DNA of 11,974 nucleotides, taken from the NCBI GenBank assembly GCA_049969615.1, contig JBMFOM010000062.1:1-11974 (forward strand), in the 5' to 3' direction. This document shows, piece by piece, positions 1 through 7,620 of the stretch. The DNA comes from a candidate division WOR-3 bacterium (lineage in GTDB: Bacteria > Hydrothermota > Hydrothermia > JBDRYB01). The notes beneath the pieces were generated by a model. That model did no database searches, was not told the DNA's origin, and saw only the letters and a program-made list of their open reading frames with translations. Each line of letters opens with the position of its first letter. Within the stretch, counting starts at the first letter, position 1. The position numbers and the translations under genes were made by a program.

Positions 1-16
1 CCGAATTTATTCGGGG
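1..16. repeat. Palindromic hairpin CCGAA-TTTA-TTCGG(GG), cut by the window edge; probable IS200/IS605-type subterminal end hairpin
   Basis: Bases 1-5 (CCGAA) pair with 10-14 (TTCGG). The extra GG at 15-16 suggests the stem continues outside the window. It overlaps the stop codon of the Y1 transposase-like fragment, where IS200-family end hairpins commonly lie. Confidence 0.6.
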
Positions 17-270
17 AGCTCTTCCAAATCCCCATGCGCGTGATGTTCTGACTGCTTGTCTATGTAGGCCTTTATCTGGCCAGGGTTTTTGAAGCCCAGG
101 CTTTCGGCATAATACCCGTGGGCCCATATCCCGCCCCCAAGGCCTTCCCGTTTGGATAGCTCCTGGGCATCCGAGAACCCCCTCTGAACATGGTGCCAAT
201 TTCCCGGCCTTGATTCTCCGAAAAATGAGGCGTCAAAGTTGGGTCTATCTTTGGAATCCGGGCGCCGCAA
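7..270 (-). pseudogene. tnpA: 5'-truncated IS200/IS605-family Y1 (HUH) transposase remnant, C-terminal part only
   Basis: GGGIWAHGYYAESLG...IKAYIDKQSEHH resembles the IS200 TnpA C-terminal pattern (W-x-x-GY-[YF]-x-x-[ST]-x-G ... I-x-x-YI-x-x-Q, which holds the catalytic Tyr). No HUH motif is present in the ORF. The resemblance is confined to about 40-190, and the TTG start at 270 is probably fortuitous. Confidence 0.7.
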
Positions 271-278
271 AATCTGGA

Positions 279-3200
279 TTAGAATATAAAGTTGACCGTA
301 AATAGCAGCTTCATTGTTTTGAAACCAGTGCTCGTCGTGAGGTTAAAGGTCTCGTCGTTCGTGAATGAAACCGTACCAGTAACGGATGACGAGAACTTGT
401 ATGTTCCGTCAACGCCGTAGCTCTGGGTCCGGTTGCCGGATACTGGTTTATCCGGCCTGTCCCAATCTCCGAGGGTATCAGACCAGGGTATCGTATAGGT
501 GGTGGTATAGGAAATGCTGTATTTGAAAGAAAGCCGGAGCTCGGATTCCAGCTTTAGGATACGGCCCTCGGCCCAGGGGAACTTCAGGCCTCCGAAGCTC
601 TGAAAGGTGTGGGAGAGGTTTATGGAAAGGCTGTTGTTCTGAAGGGAATCCTTTGACAGGTAAGGGATGTGGCTTACAGTTATGGCGCTACGGGTGTTGT
701 AGGATATGGTTATGCTGGTACCAGCCCTCAGGTTCATGTTCAACTGGGCCAGGGGCGAGAAAGAGGTCTCAATGGTGTTCTGCAGGAGGCTCTTGATGGG
801 GAGGCTTTCGGTCCAGCCGAAACGCTGGGTAAAACCGGACGAGAGGGAGGCGGAGGTCACCTGTTTCTGATATTCCGGCGGCAGGATGAAGTTCAGGTTG
901 GAAAGGGTAACATTGAGCTGAGGGTTGGTCAGGTTCCTCGCCCAGGTAGAACTGCCAGCCGTGGGGGCCTGATTTCTGGTGAATGTGAGCGCCCACGAAC
1001 CCCTGACGGAAAGGTTGGCAAAGTTGAAGCCCTGGGAAAGGTTGAAGGAGTTTGACTCGGTTATGTTTGACGAGAGCTCAACGATGCTGGCATAGTCGGG
1101 GTTCTCGGTAAAACCATATCTGAACATCCAATCCGGCCTGCCGAGGAGGCTCCAGAAAGTGGCGTTGCGGGTGAATGTGTATCCGAGGGTTGTGTTGCCG
1201 AGGCCACGGTGAACCTTTTCCATGAAACCGGGTTGGCCGGAGGAATCCTTTGGAGCGAACCTGGCCGCTAGGCCGAATACGGATGCCAGTAACCTGTTTG
1301 AGATGGTAAGATCGGTCGTGGTGGAGGCGTTGACATCCCTTATGTCAACGATGTTGCCAGCAGAATCCCTGAGCTGTTTGTTCGCTGAGTGATCCTCCGA
1401 ATACCTTGAAGAATATGAGAGCCTGGGAGCAATGAACCCCTGGAAAAATGTTATATTGTAGGTGCCGGAGAGATTCTCGTCGTAGCCAGCCTCCCAGCCA
1501 TAGAAAGGCCTCGTCCAGGGGAAACGGAACTTCTCCGGCCTATGGGCAGGATCGGAAAAGTCTGGGGTGGTATCGCCCGGATCAAAGAGGGAGTCTGCCC
1601 TGTAGTCTATCTCCTTGTTCAGGGAGTAGCGCGCTGATATGTTGTCTATGGGCGTCCAGGAAATATCCCCACCATAGGTGCCCTGGGTCCTGTAATCATT
1701 GGTCACGATGTTCCCGGAGGTCTTCTGATATTGGTATTGCCAGTTGTCGGTCAAGGTGTATTCAAGGGAGTATGAGCTGGGCAGATAACGGATCTGCTTC
1801 CCGAATATCTTCGGTGGCTTCTTTATGTTCGGTGTATATGAGTATGAAGCGGAAAGGCTTTTGTTGTCAGTGAGACTAAGCGAGGCGGCGCTGGTGCTGT
1901 AGTTCTTGGTTTTGGTGCCCTGAAGCCTTACTGGGTCAACGAACCACTTGAGCAGTCTGTTGGCCGAACCTTTCTTTGATATGGAGGCCGTGTAGCCCTC
2001 TGAGCCTGACAGGGTCCTCTGCTCGTATGATTCATCAGGCAATAGGAGGGCATCGCCGCCGGTTGAGTATTTTGGCAGTGAATAAACGGATGTCCCCTGG
2101 AACCTTATGGGAATGCTCATCCCCCAGGCTTTGGGAAAGAGCTTGTCCGCGTTGAATGTGGCGGAGTAGGTCGCGTTTGAGGATGTGGCGGTCCTTCGTG
2201 TGGCGTCGGATAGTCCCTGGAAGTTCGCTTCCTCCTTGCTGGTCGTGAGGTCAAGGTTTGCCACATCCGCCATCTGCAGAGTTGCCTGGCCCCTGTAGGC
2301 CTTCCCGCCCTCGGTGTGAGGCTCGGCAGACCGCAGTTCGTCCACCCAGACCTCGCCGGATATTCTTGAATTGTTTGAATTATACACACCGAACCAGTAG
2401 AAGCTGATCTCTCCTATGTTTGGCCTGCCCCGGAAGCCGAAATTGCCGCGGCTGTAATAGCCGGTCGCAGTATCCCCCAAGCTATCCTGAACCATCTTCC
2501 TGAAGCTGGTCAAGGAATCAAGGCTGAACCTAACCTCTTGCCAATCAGCCGAAGAGACCTGATACCTGTATTCGTAGAAGTTGAGGGAGTCAGTTCCCAA
2601 CCTGAAAAGGACCACGGGGTATGGCGGAGAGGTCGTGGGGTGAGGTTTGACCCAGAAGGCCACCTGTTTGTAATCCAGGAGATTGTGTTTTCCGTATGTT
2701 ATTCCCTTCTTGGCTATACCCGCGTGGCCCGGCAGGATGTTCTCGTATGTCATGGCCAAAGAACCCTCTTGTTCAAACTTGCCGGGCGCGGTTTCCATTA
2801 TCCTGGCGCCAGGGGGAGGGGTGTAATACGCGGCGTGCTCCTTGTTGTTGACGTATGAAGTCCTAAACCGTTCCGGGCTGTTGATGGGAAGCCCGGAGGA
2901 GTCAACCGTAGTCCCTTGACTGAACCACTGGTTCCCCGTTATGTCCATCTTGGCTATCCAGATGGTGTCTGCCCCGGAAAAACCATCCACCCAAAGCCTG
3001 GCGTATCTTATGAGGTCAAAGCTGGGTGAGCCGTATCTCTCGTATCGGGAAGAATCCCGCAGGGGTATTTTGTAGTATTTCCAGCCGTTATAATTGCTAA
3101 TGAAGGTTGTGGTGTCTAGATCAATTGTCCAGGAGAAATAGTTGGAGAGGATGTTCATGGTGCCGCTCTGGTCAAGGTCTTCGCTGTCCCACTTGGAGTT

Positions 3201-5930
3201 TCGCTCTGTGCCGTTCATCCTGTTGGCGTCAAACGCGTCGTAGTCGTCGTTTCCCTCGTCCTGGTCTCCGGAGTTCCATTGGCCGTCGTCTCCCCAGACA
3301 CCGTCCAGGCCCGTGTCCTCAGAACCTACATTAAATATGCCATTGGTGTCCCTATCCTCGTTGTCAAGAACGCCGTAGCCCTTTATCGCGCCGTCCTTGC
3401 CGCGCCTGGGCGCGTCTTCGGGTATGTCATAGCCCAGGTCAAGGTGGAGCACCGCGCCCTCACCCTTCACATATACCTCAAGGAATTCCATTGTGGAATA
3501 GTTATCGCCGGATTTGGCCACGAGCTTGTTGAACGAGGCCCAGTTCCTCGTTGGGTCAGATGTAATTGGGTTGAGGGCTATTTCAAGGACATTCTCTTCG
3601 TAATCATCTGCCTCGTCCGCAGGCAGGTTGGGGTAAATATCTCCCCTCTTGAACTTGTGGCGTGGGTTATACCAGACAACAGCCGCTACATAATCTGATG
3701 TGTCCTTGTCCGGAGGAACCGAGCCATAGTGCCAATCAGACCTTATGGTTGAAAGAGAACGGGAATCCCTTATGCTCTCCATGTCATCAAGGTAGGCCTC
3801 GCCCATAGTGTTGGGGTTGGGAAAGCTCTGCGCGGCCTCCGCCTTGATGGTGAGCTTAGAATCCTCATCAGTGGCTATTAATGGCAAGCGGTCAAGGCCG
3901 TGGGTGAGCCAGTCGTAATAGAACTCACCTTGCATGTCCGTCTCGGCCACAGCGGCTCGCTTCGGAGCCTCGTCTATGCGTGGCCTTATCTGCGCGGTGG
4001 CCTCTGTGCTCATTATCAGGCTGGAGCCAAAAGTTATGTTGTCCGAGTACTCGTAGTCTGTCCTGAGACCGAGCAGGGAGCGCTGGGTGAGGGAGAATGT
4101 AGGTATCACATCATAGGAAATATCTATGACTGCGTTGGGATCAGAGAAATAGGAGTCATCAAGTATGTAAAGGAAGCCCATGTTGTAATCAACCCGGTAT
4201 GCCGATGAGGGAACCTCCTGGCCGTTGACCTTCACCACCACCGAGCCTTCCTGGATGTCCGGCGCGAGGAATATCTGATCGACCTTCCGCGTGTATTGAA
4301 CGACCAGGTTGTATAGCCTGGTGTCGCTGGTTTTCAGCTTCTTGTAGTAAATCATCGTGTCAGGCTCAACCAGGGTATCCGAGGTAAATGGCATGGGTTC
4401 AGGGAATATGAGAAGCCCCTCCCTATAGTCAACGAGCCGAAGGGGAACGCCGTTGATCGTGGCCATCTCCTCCACATACCCGTTCCCATCCCTGTCAAGG
4501 CCCAACGCGGAAACATAGGTTCCCCTGGAGGAATCGCCAACAGGGTTGTTCTCGCCCTGGTTTTTGTCCTTGAATATGGTGACCTTCAGGGGTTGGCGGG
4601 ACATGTCCGAGGAAAGGTAATAGATGTTCTTGAGCTCATAGTTCCAGACCTCAAGCGTCTCCGTGGAGGCAGTGTGCCAATCCAATGAATCCGGAAACGC
4701 CCCCGGACATATCATCTTCAATCTGAGCGTATCGCCCGATATATCTCCGATCTGAATGGTATCTTGGTCCTTTTTCAGGACCATATAGACCCCGAGCTTC
4801 TGTCCCCTTGAGAGCGCGGAGCTGAGCTCTATCCAGCTGGTATATTGGAAGAAATTGTAGTCGCCCTTGTCGGATCTGAGGAGGTGAAACCAGCCAGATT
4901 CCTTGAGATTGGAGGAGGTGTCGCCATCATAGTAAATGATGCCCGGCTTGGCCTGCATCTGGAGGTTGTTGGAGAGTATGTCGTCGTCAAGGTAGATGGC
5001 GAGCGCTAAGATGCTGTCGGTCGCGGGGTCTATGTCAAGGTTGAAGAACTTTTTGGTTATGAACTGGTCAGCGGTAAGGGTTTCTGTCACCATCTCCGCG
5101 CCGCCGGTGAACTGCTTTGATTCTCTGGAACCCCTGTCCCTTACAGCCAGGAGGGTGGTCGTGAGGCCACCCATCCTGAATACGCCCTTCGCGCCGAAGA
5201 GGCCAGTCCTGGAGCCGCCGGGAAAGGAGGCATATTGGGTTGATGGGAACTCCGCCTTTGTGTCGCCTGCCTCCAGCAGCTGAACGACCTCGTCCTCCTC
5301 GCCCTCGTATTTTATCACCACCTGGTTCTTGGCCTGGTTCATGCGCTCGGAGTCGTGATCTATGAGGACCTTTATCTTGGAGCCAACCGTGCCCGTCAAC
5401 CTTATCTGCATGGTCTGGTCCATTTCCAGCGAGAATGGGGTTCCAACACCGTAGTCCATCTGGGAGCCTATTGGGTAATCTCCCCTTCCGCCGACCGTGA
5501 TGCTGTTCTGGCCGTCTATTTCCAGCTTTCCCCCCTCCCCCAGGAACGCGAGCTGCCCGGGCATCTGGACCGGTATCTCCACATCGGGAATCAGGCCCTG
5601 GTTCTGCTGGCTTTCCTCCTTGTTCTGGGCAAGGAGCGCGTCCACAAGCCAATCCCTCCTCTTGTAGGCCACACGCTCTGCCAGGTAACGGGAAAGCGGC
5701 ATGATGGCAAATGTATCTATTGCCACCTGCCGGTAGATCTTTGAGAGAAAAACATAGTCCCCCCGAATGGCTGAGCTGTCCCTTATGCCCTGAGTGTTTC
5801 TCAGGAATGTCTCCGAGAAATTTTGGTGGAAATAAGGCGCGGACAGTGTGTCAGAGATCCCTGCTGTGTCGGACAACCCCCCCTGAGCCAGGAGAGCTGT
5901 TCCCAAAAAAAGGGACTCCCACCCTATCAT
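279..5930 (-). CDS. sprA: SprA/Sov-family outer-membrane protein, T9SS translocon (1883 aa from ATG 5930; alternative TTG start at 5936)
   Basis: Motifs recognised as SprA-like: GTVGSKIKVLIDHDSE, IKYEGEEDEVVQLLEAGD, GLFGAKG, YELKNIY, GEAYLDDME, WYNP, EVWVDELR. It has a short hydrophobic N-terminal signal, a long C-terminal region of amphipathic beta strands, and a terminal Phe (LLFTVNFIF, BAM beta-signal-like). Confidence 0.9.
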   Translation of the reverse strand: MIGWESLFLGTALLAQGGLSDTAGISDTLSAPYFHQNFSETFLRNTQGIRDSSAIRGDYVFLSKIYRQVAIDTFAIMPLSRYLAERVAYKRRDWLVDALLAQNKEESQQNQGLIPDVEIPVQMPGQLAFLGEGGKLEIDGQNSITVGGRGDYPIGSQMDYGVGTPFSLEMDQTMQIRLTGTVGSKIKVLIDHDSERMNQAKNQVVIKYEGEEDEVVQLLEAGDTKAEFPSTQYASFPGGSRTGLFGAKGVFRMGGLTTTLLAVRDRGSRESKQFTGGAEMVTETLTADQFITKKFFNLDIDPATDSILALAIYLDDDILSNNLQMQAKPGIIYYDGDTSSNLKESGWFHLLRSDKGDYNFFQYTSWIELSSALSRGQKLGVYMVLKKDQDTIQIGDISGDTLRLKMICPGAFPDSLDWHTASTETLEVWNYELKNIYYLSSDMSRQPLKVTIFKDKNQGENNPVGDSSRGTYVSALGLDRDGNGYVEEMATINGVPLRLVDYREGLLIFPEPMPFTSDTLVEPDTMIYYKKLKTSDTRLYNLVVQYTRKVDQIFLAPDIQEGSVVVKVNGQEVPSSAYRVDYNMGFLYILDDSYFSDPNAVIDISYDVIPTFSLTQRSLLGLRTDYEYSDNITFGSSLIMSTEATAQIRPRIDEAPKRAAVAETDMQGEFYYDWLTHGLDRLPLIATDEDSKLTIKAEAAQSFPNPNTMGEAYLDDMESIRDSRSLSTIRSDWHYGSVPPDKDTSDYVAAVVWYNPRHKFKRGDIYPNLPADEADDYEENVLEIALNPITSDPTRNWASFNKLVAKSGDNYSTMEFLEVYVKGEGAVLHLDLGYDIPEDAPRRGKDGAIKGYGVLDNEDRDTNGIFNVGSEDTGLDGVWGDDGQWNSGDQDEGNDDYDAFDANRMNGTERNSKWDSEDLDQSGTMNILSNYFSWTIDLDTTTFISNYNGWKYYKIPLRDSSRYERYGSPSFDLIRYARLWVDGFSGADTIWIAKMDITGNQWFSQGTTVDSSGLPINSPERFRTSYVNNKEHAAYYTPPPGARIMETAPGKFEQEGSLAMTYENILPGHAGIAKKGITYGKHNLLDYKQVAFWVKPHPTTSPPYPVVLFRLGTDSLNFYEYRYQVSSADWQEVRFSLDSLTSFRKMVQDSLGDTATGYYSRGNFGFRGRPNIGEISFYWFGVYNSNNSRISGEVWVDELRSAEPHTEGGKAYRGQATLQMADVANLDLTTSKEEANFQGLSDATRRTATSSNATYSATFNADKLFPKAWGMSIPIRFQGTSVYSLPKYSTGGDALLLPDESYEQRTLSGSEGYTASISKKGSANRLLKWFVDPVRLQGTKTKNYSTSAASLSLTDNKSLSASYSYTPNIKKPPKIFGKQIRYLPSSYSLEYTLTDNWQYQYQKTSGNIVTNDYRTQGTYGGDISWTPIDNISARYSLNKEIDYRADSLFDPGDTTPDFSDPAHRPEKFRFPWTRPFYGWEAGYDENLSGTYNITFFQGFIAPRLSYSSRYSEDHSANKQLRDSAGNIVDIRDVNASTTTDLTISNRLLASVFGLAARFAPKDSSGQPGFMEKVHRGLGNTTLGYTFTRNATFWSLLGRPDWMFRYGFTENPDYASIVELSSNITESNSFNLSQGFNFANLSVRGSWALTFTRNQAPTAGSSTWARNLTNPQLNVTLSNLNFILPPEYQKQVTSASLSSGFTQRFGWTESLPIKSLLQNTIETSFSPLAQLNMNLRAGTSITISYNTRSAITVSHIPYLSKDSLQNNSLSINLSHTFQSFGGLKFPWAEGRILKLESELRLSFKYSISYTTTYTIPWSDTLGDWDRPDKPVSGNRTQSYGVDGTYKFSSSVTGTVSFTNDETFNLTTSTGFKTMKLLFTVNFIF

Positions 5931-5936
5931 TGCCAA

Positions 5937-5966
5937 ATTATCCTATAAGACATCTATGCCACTCAA
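5937..5966 (-). promoter_or_regulatory. Putative sigma70 promoter of sprA: TTGAGT-N18-GATAAT, 6 nt before ATG
   Basis: Minus strand has TTGAGT (5966-5961), an 18-nt spacer, GATAAT (5942-5937), TTGGCA, then ATG (5930). An overlapping AGGA could instead act as a weak SD. Confidence 0.45.
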
Positions 5967-6030
5967 TAATTAGACAGGGGGAAAGGAAATTTTGTTCCCG
6001 TGTCTTACTCGTCTGCCAGTCATCTAGAAT

Positions 6031-7620
6031 TTATCTGGCCCTTTTCCTTGTCTTGCCGTATATGTCTTGGAGGAAAGTTGCTCTCTCAGCGCCGGGCTCG
6101 GCCATAGCCAGAACATACTCAATGAAGATGGGTATCTTATGCCGGAGGGGCACCCAGGTCTCCTTGTAGACGGTCTTGCCGTTCTCCTTTTCGGTCGTAT
6201 CCAGCGCCTCATAGAAACCCTTCTCAGTCCAGCCCTCGTTCTCGGTCAGAACATCAATCGCTAGCTGGATTGCGCCGTCAAGCCTTATGCATCCATGGGA
6301 CACCGTCCTGGTCTTCAGGGCAAAGGTGCTCTTTATTGGCGTGTCATGAAGATAAATGTTGTAGCGATTGGGGAAGAGAAACTTAACCCTGCCGAGCGCG
6401 TTGCCTTCGCCTGGGTCGCGGACAAGCCACATCTTGCCCTTCTTTGAGACGACATTGAGCTTCTTTTTCTCAATGTATTGAAAGGCGTCGCCAGAGTCGT
6501 ATATTTCCTCAAGTATTTCCTCCTCAAAGATTCTGTCCGGTACATTCCACTTTGGGTTGATGACAATGAACTCAATCGTGTCCATCATGGTGGGGGTGAA
6601 ATTGGTGTCCCTGTCAGCCGCGCCAACCGCGACCTTGTTCTTCTGAATGAGATTCCCATTCCTATAGACATATAGGATGAACTCCGGGATGTTTATCCTA
6701 AATACCCAACCGCCCCTCGCAACCGCGCCGGCAAGCGGGGTTGTTCTCCAGTAGGTGAGCGCGTCGGACAGCCTTGCCATGAGCTCTTTCCTCGGGACAT
6801 TCATCGCCCTTACGGTTCCCCATCCCACCACTCCGTCTTCATCCAGGTAGTGCCATTTCTGAAATGTTTTAACGGCCTCAACTGTCGCGCTGTCATAGAC
6901 GCCTGTTATGGGGCCAGAATAGAACCCCTCGGCCTTCAGTCTCTCCTGTATCTCGGAAACCCTTGAGCCGGTGTCTCCGGGGAGGATTTTCTTTCCCTTT
7001 TCAAGGCTGAAGGACAAGGGCTTCCAATCCGGCAGGCGAGAGTAAGCCGAGAGGGTCGCCCTCAGTGTCCTGTATTCCCCAAGGGGCGGCTCAAGGCTTG
7101 TGCTCGCGGCCAAAGGGTCGTCAAAGAGGCGCCTGATCGCATTAGTGTCTCCGCCCATTTCCCTGGCCCAGTCCCTCCAGGCCTTCACCAGAATGACCTC
7201 TGCCGTAGCCAGCTCCTGCAAGCAGGCGCGGTATAGGGGGATCATATCCCTCTGATCAGTGAGCCGGGCCGTGGCTAACCTCATGCTGTCGGCTTTCCTA
7301 ATGGCGATCAGCGCGGAGTCCACCCTGGGGTCAGAGGGCATGCCGTCAAAAATCCTGTTCTCAAGTATTGTGAGAACCAGATGTCCGTTGTCGTTCAGAT
7401 AAGGGGAGGAGAAAAGCAGGGGTTTCCAAGCCCTTTTTTCATAGAGATGCAGGAGCTGGGAATCCCCCCTCATGGCCTGTCTCATGATTTCAGGGTAGGA
7501 TTTCTCGGCCTCAGACCAGGCAGTTGAGATTGCTCCTGTTGGCAATGACGGTTCTCGGGTCTTGCCCTGGTTAGTTCCGCAGGCCAGGAGAATGAGTATG
7601 ACCGGAATGGTTTCCCTCAA
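6031..7620 (-). CDS. L,D-transpeptidase (YcbB/LdtD-like architecture) with peptidoglycan-binding domain; predicted lipoprotein
   Basis: YkuD catalytic motif IYLHDTP...SHGCIRL; NALGRVKFLFPN; INIPEFIL; INPKWNVP. PG_binding_1-like segment YDSATVEAVKTFQKWHYLDEDGVVG. Lipobox ILLA-C14. The TTG start overlaps the dapA TGA (TTGA), with SD AAGGAG at 7634-7629, 8 nt upstream. Confidence 0.9.
   Translation of the reverse strand: MRETIPVILILLACGTNQGKTREPSLPTGAISTAWSEAEKSYPEIMRQAMRGDSQLLHLYEKRAWKPLLFSSPYLNDNGHLVLTILENRIFDGMPSDPRVDSALIAIRKADSMRLATARLTDQRDMIPLYRACLQELATAEVILVKAWRDWAREMGGDTNAIRRLFDDPLAASTSLEPPLGEYRTLRATLSAYSRLPDWKPLSFSLEKGKKILPGDTGSRVSEIQERLKAEGFYSGPITGVYDSATVEAVKTFQKWHYLDEDGVVGWGTVRAMNVPRKELMARLSDALTYWRTTPLAGAVARGGWVFRINIPEFILYVYRNGNLIQKNKVAVGAADRDTNFTPTMMDTIEFIVINPKWNVPDRIFEEEILEEIYDSGDAFQYIEKKKLNVVSKKGKMWLVRDPGEGNALGRVKFLFPNRYNIYLHDTPIKSTFALKTRTVSHGCIRLDGAIQLAIDVLTENEGWTEKGFYEALDTTEKENGKTVYKETWVPLRHKIPIFIEYVLAMAEPGAERATFLQDIYGKTRKRAR

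Noticed and set aside
669..5744. Many alternative-frame and antisense ORFs inside sprA (e.g. 5068-5652 minus, 194 aa; 3279-3698 plus)
   Set aside because: They lie wholly within a well-supported CDS and have no recognisable motifs. Such shadow ORFs are expected with GC-rich codon usage.
5931..5945. ATAATTTGGCA before sprA resembling the Bacteroidetes -7 promoter TAnnTTTG
   Set aside because: The spacing is off by one (TAATTTG has only one base between TA and TTTG), and a sigma70-type reading fits better.
5711..6169. 152-aa plus-strand ORF spanning the sprA start and the ldt end
   Set aside because: It is antisense to two real genes and has no domain features or translation signals.
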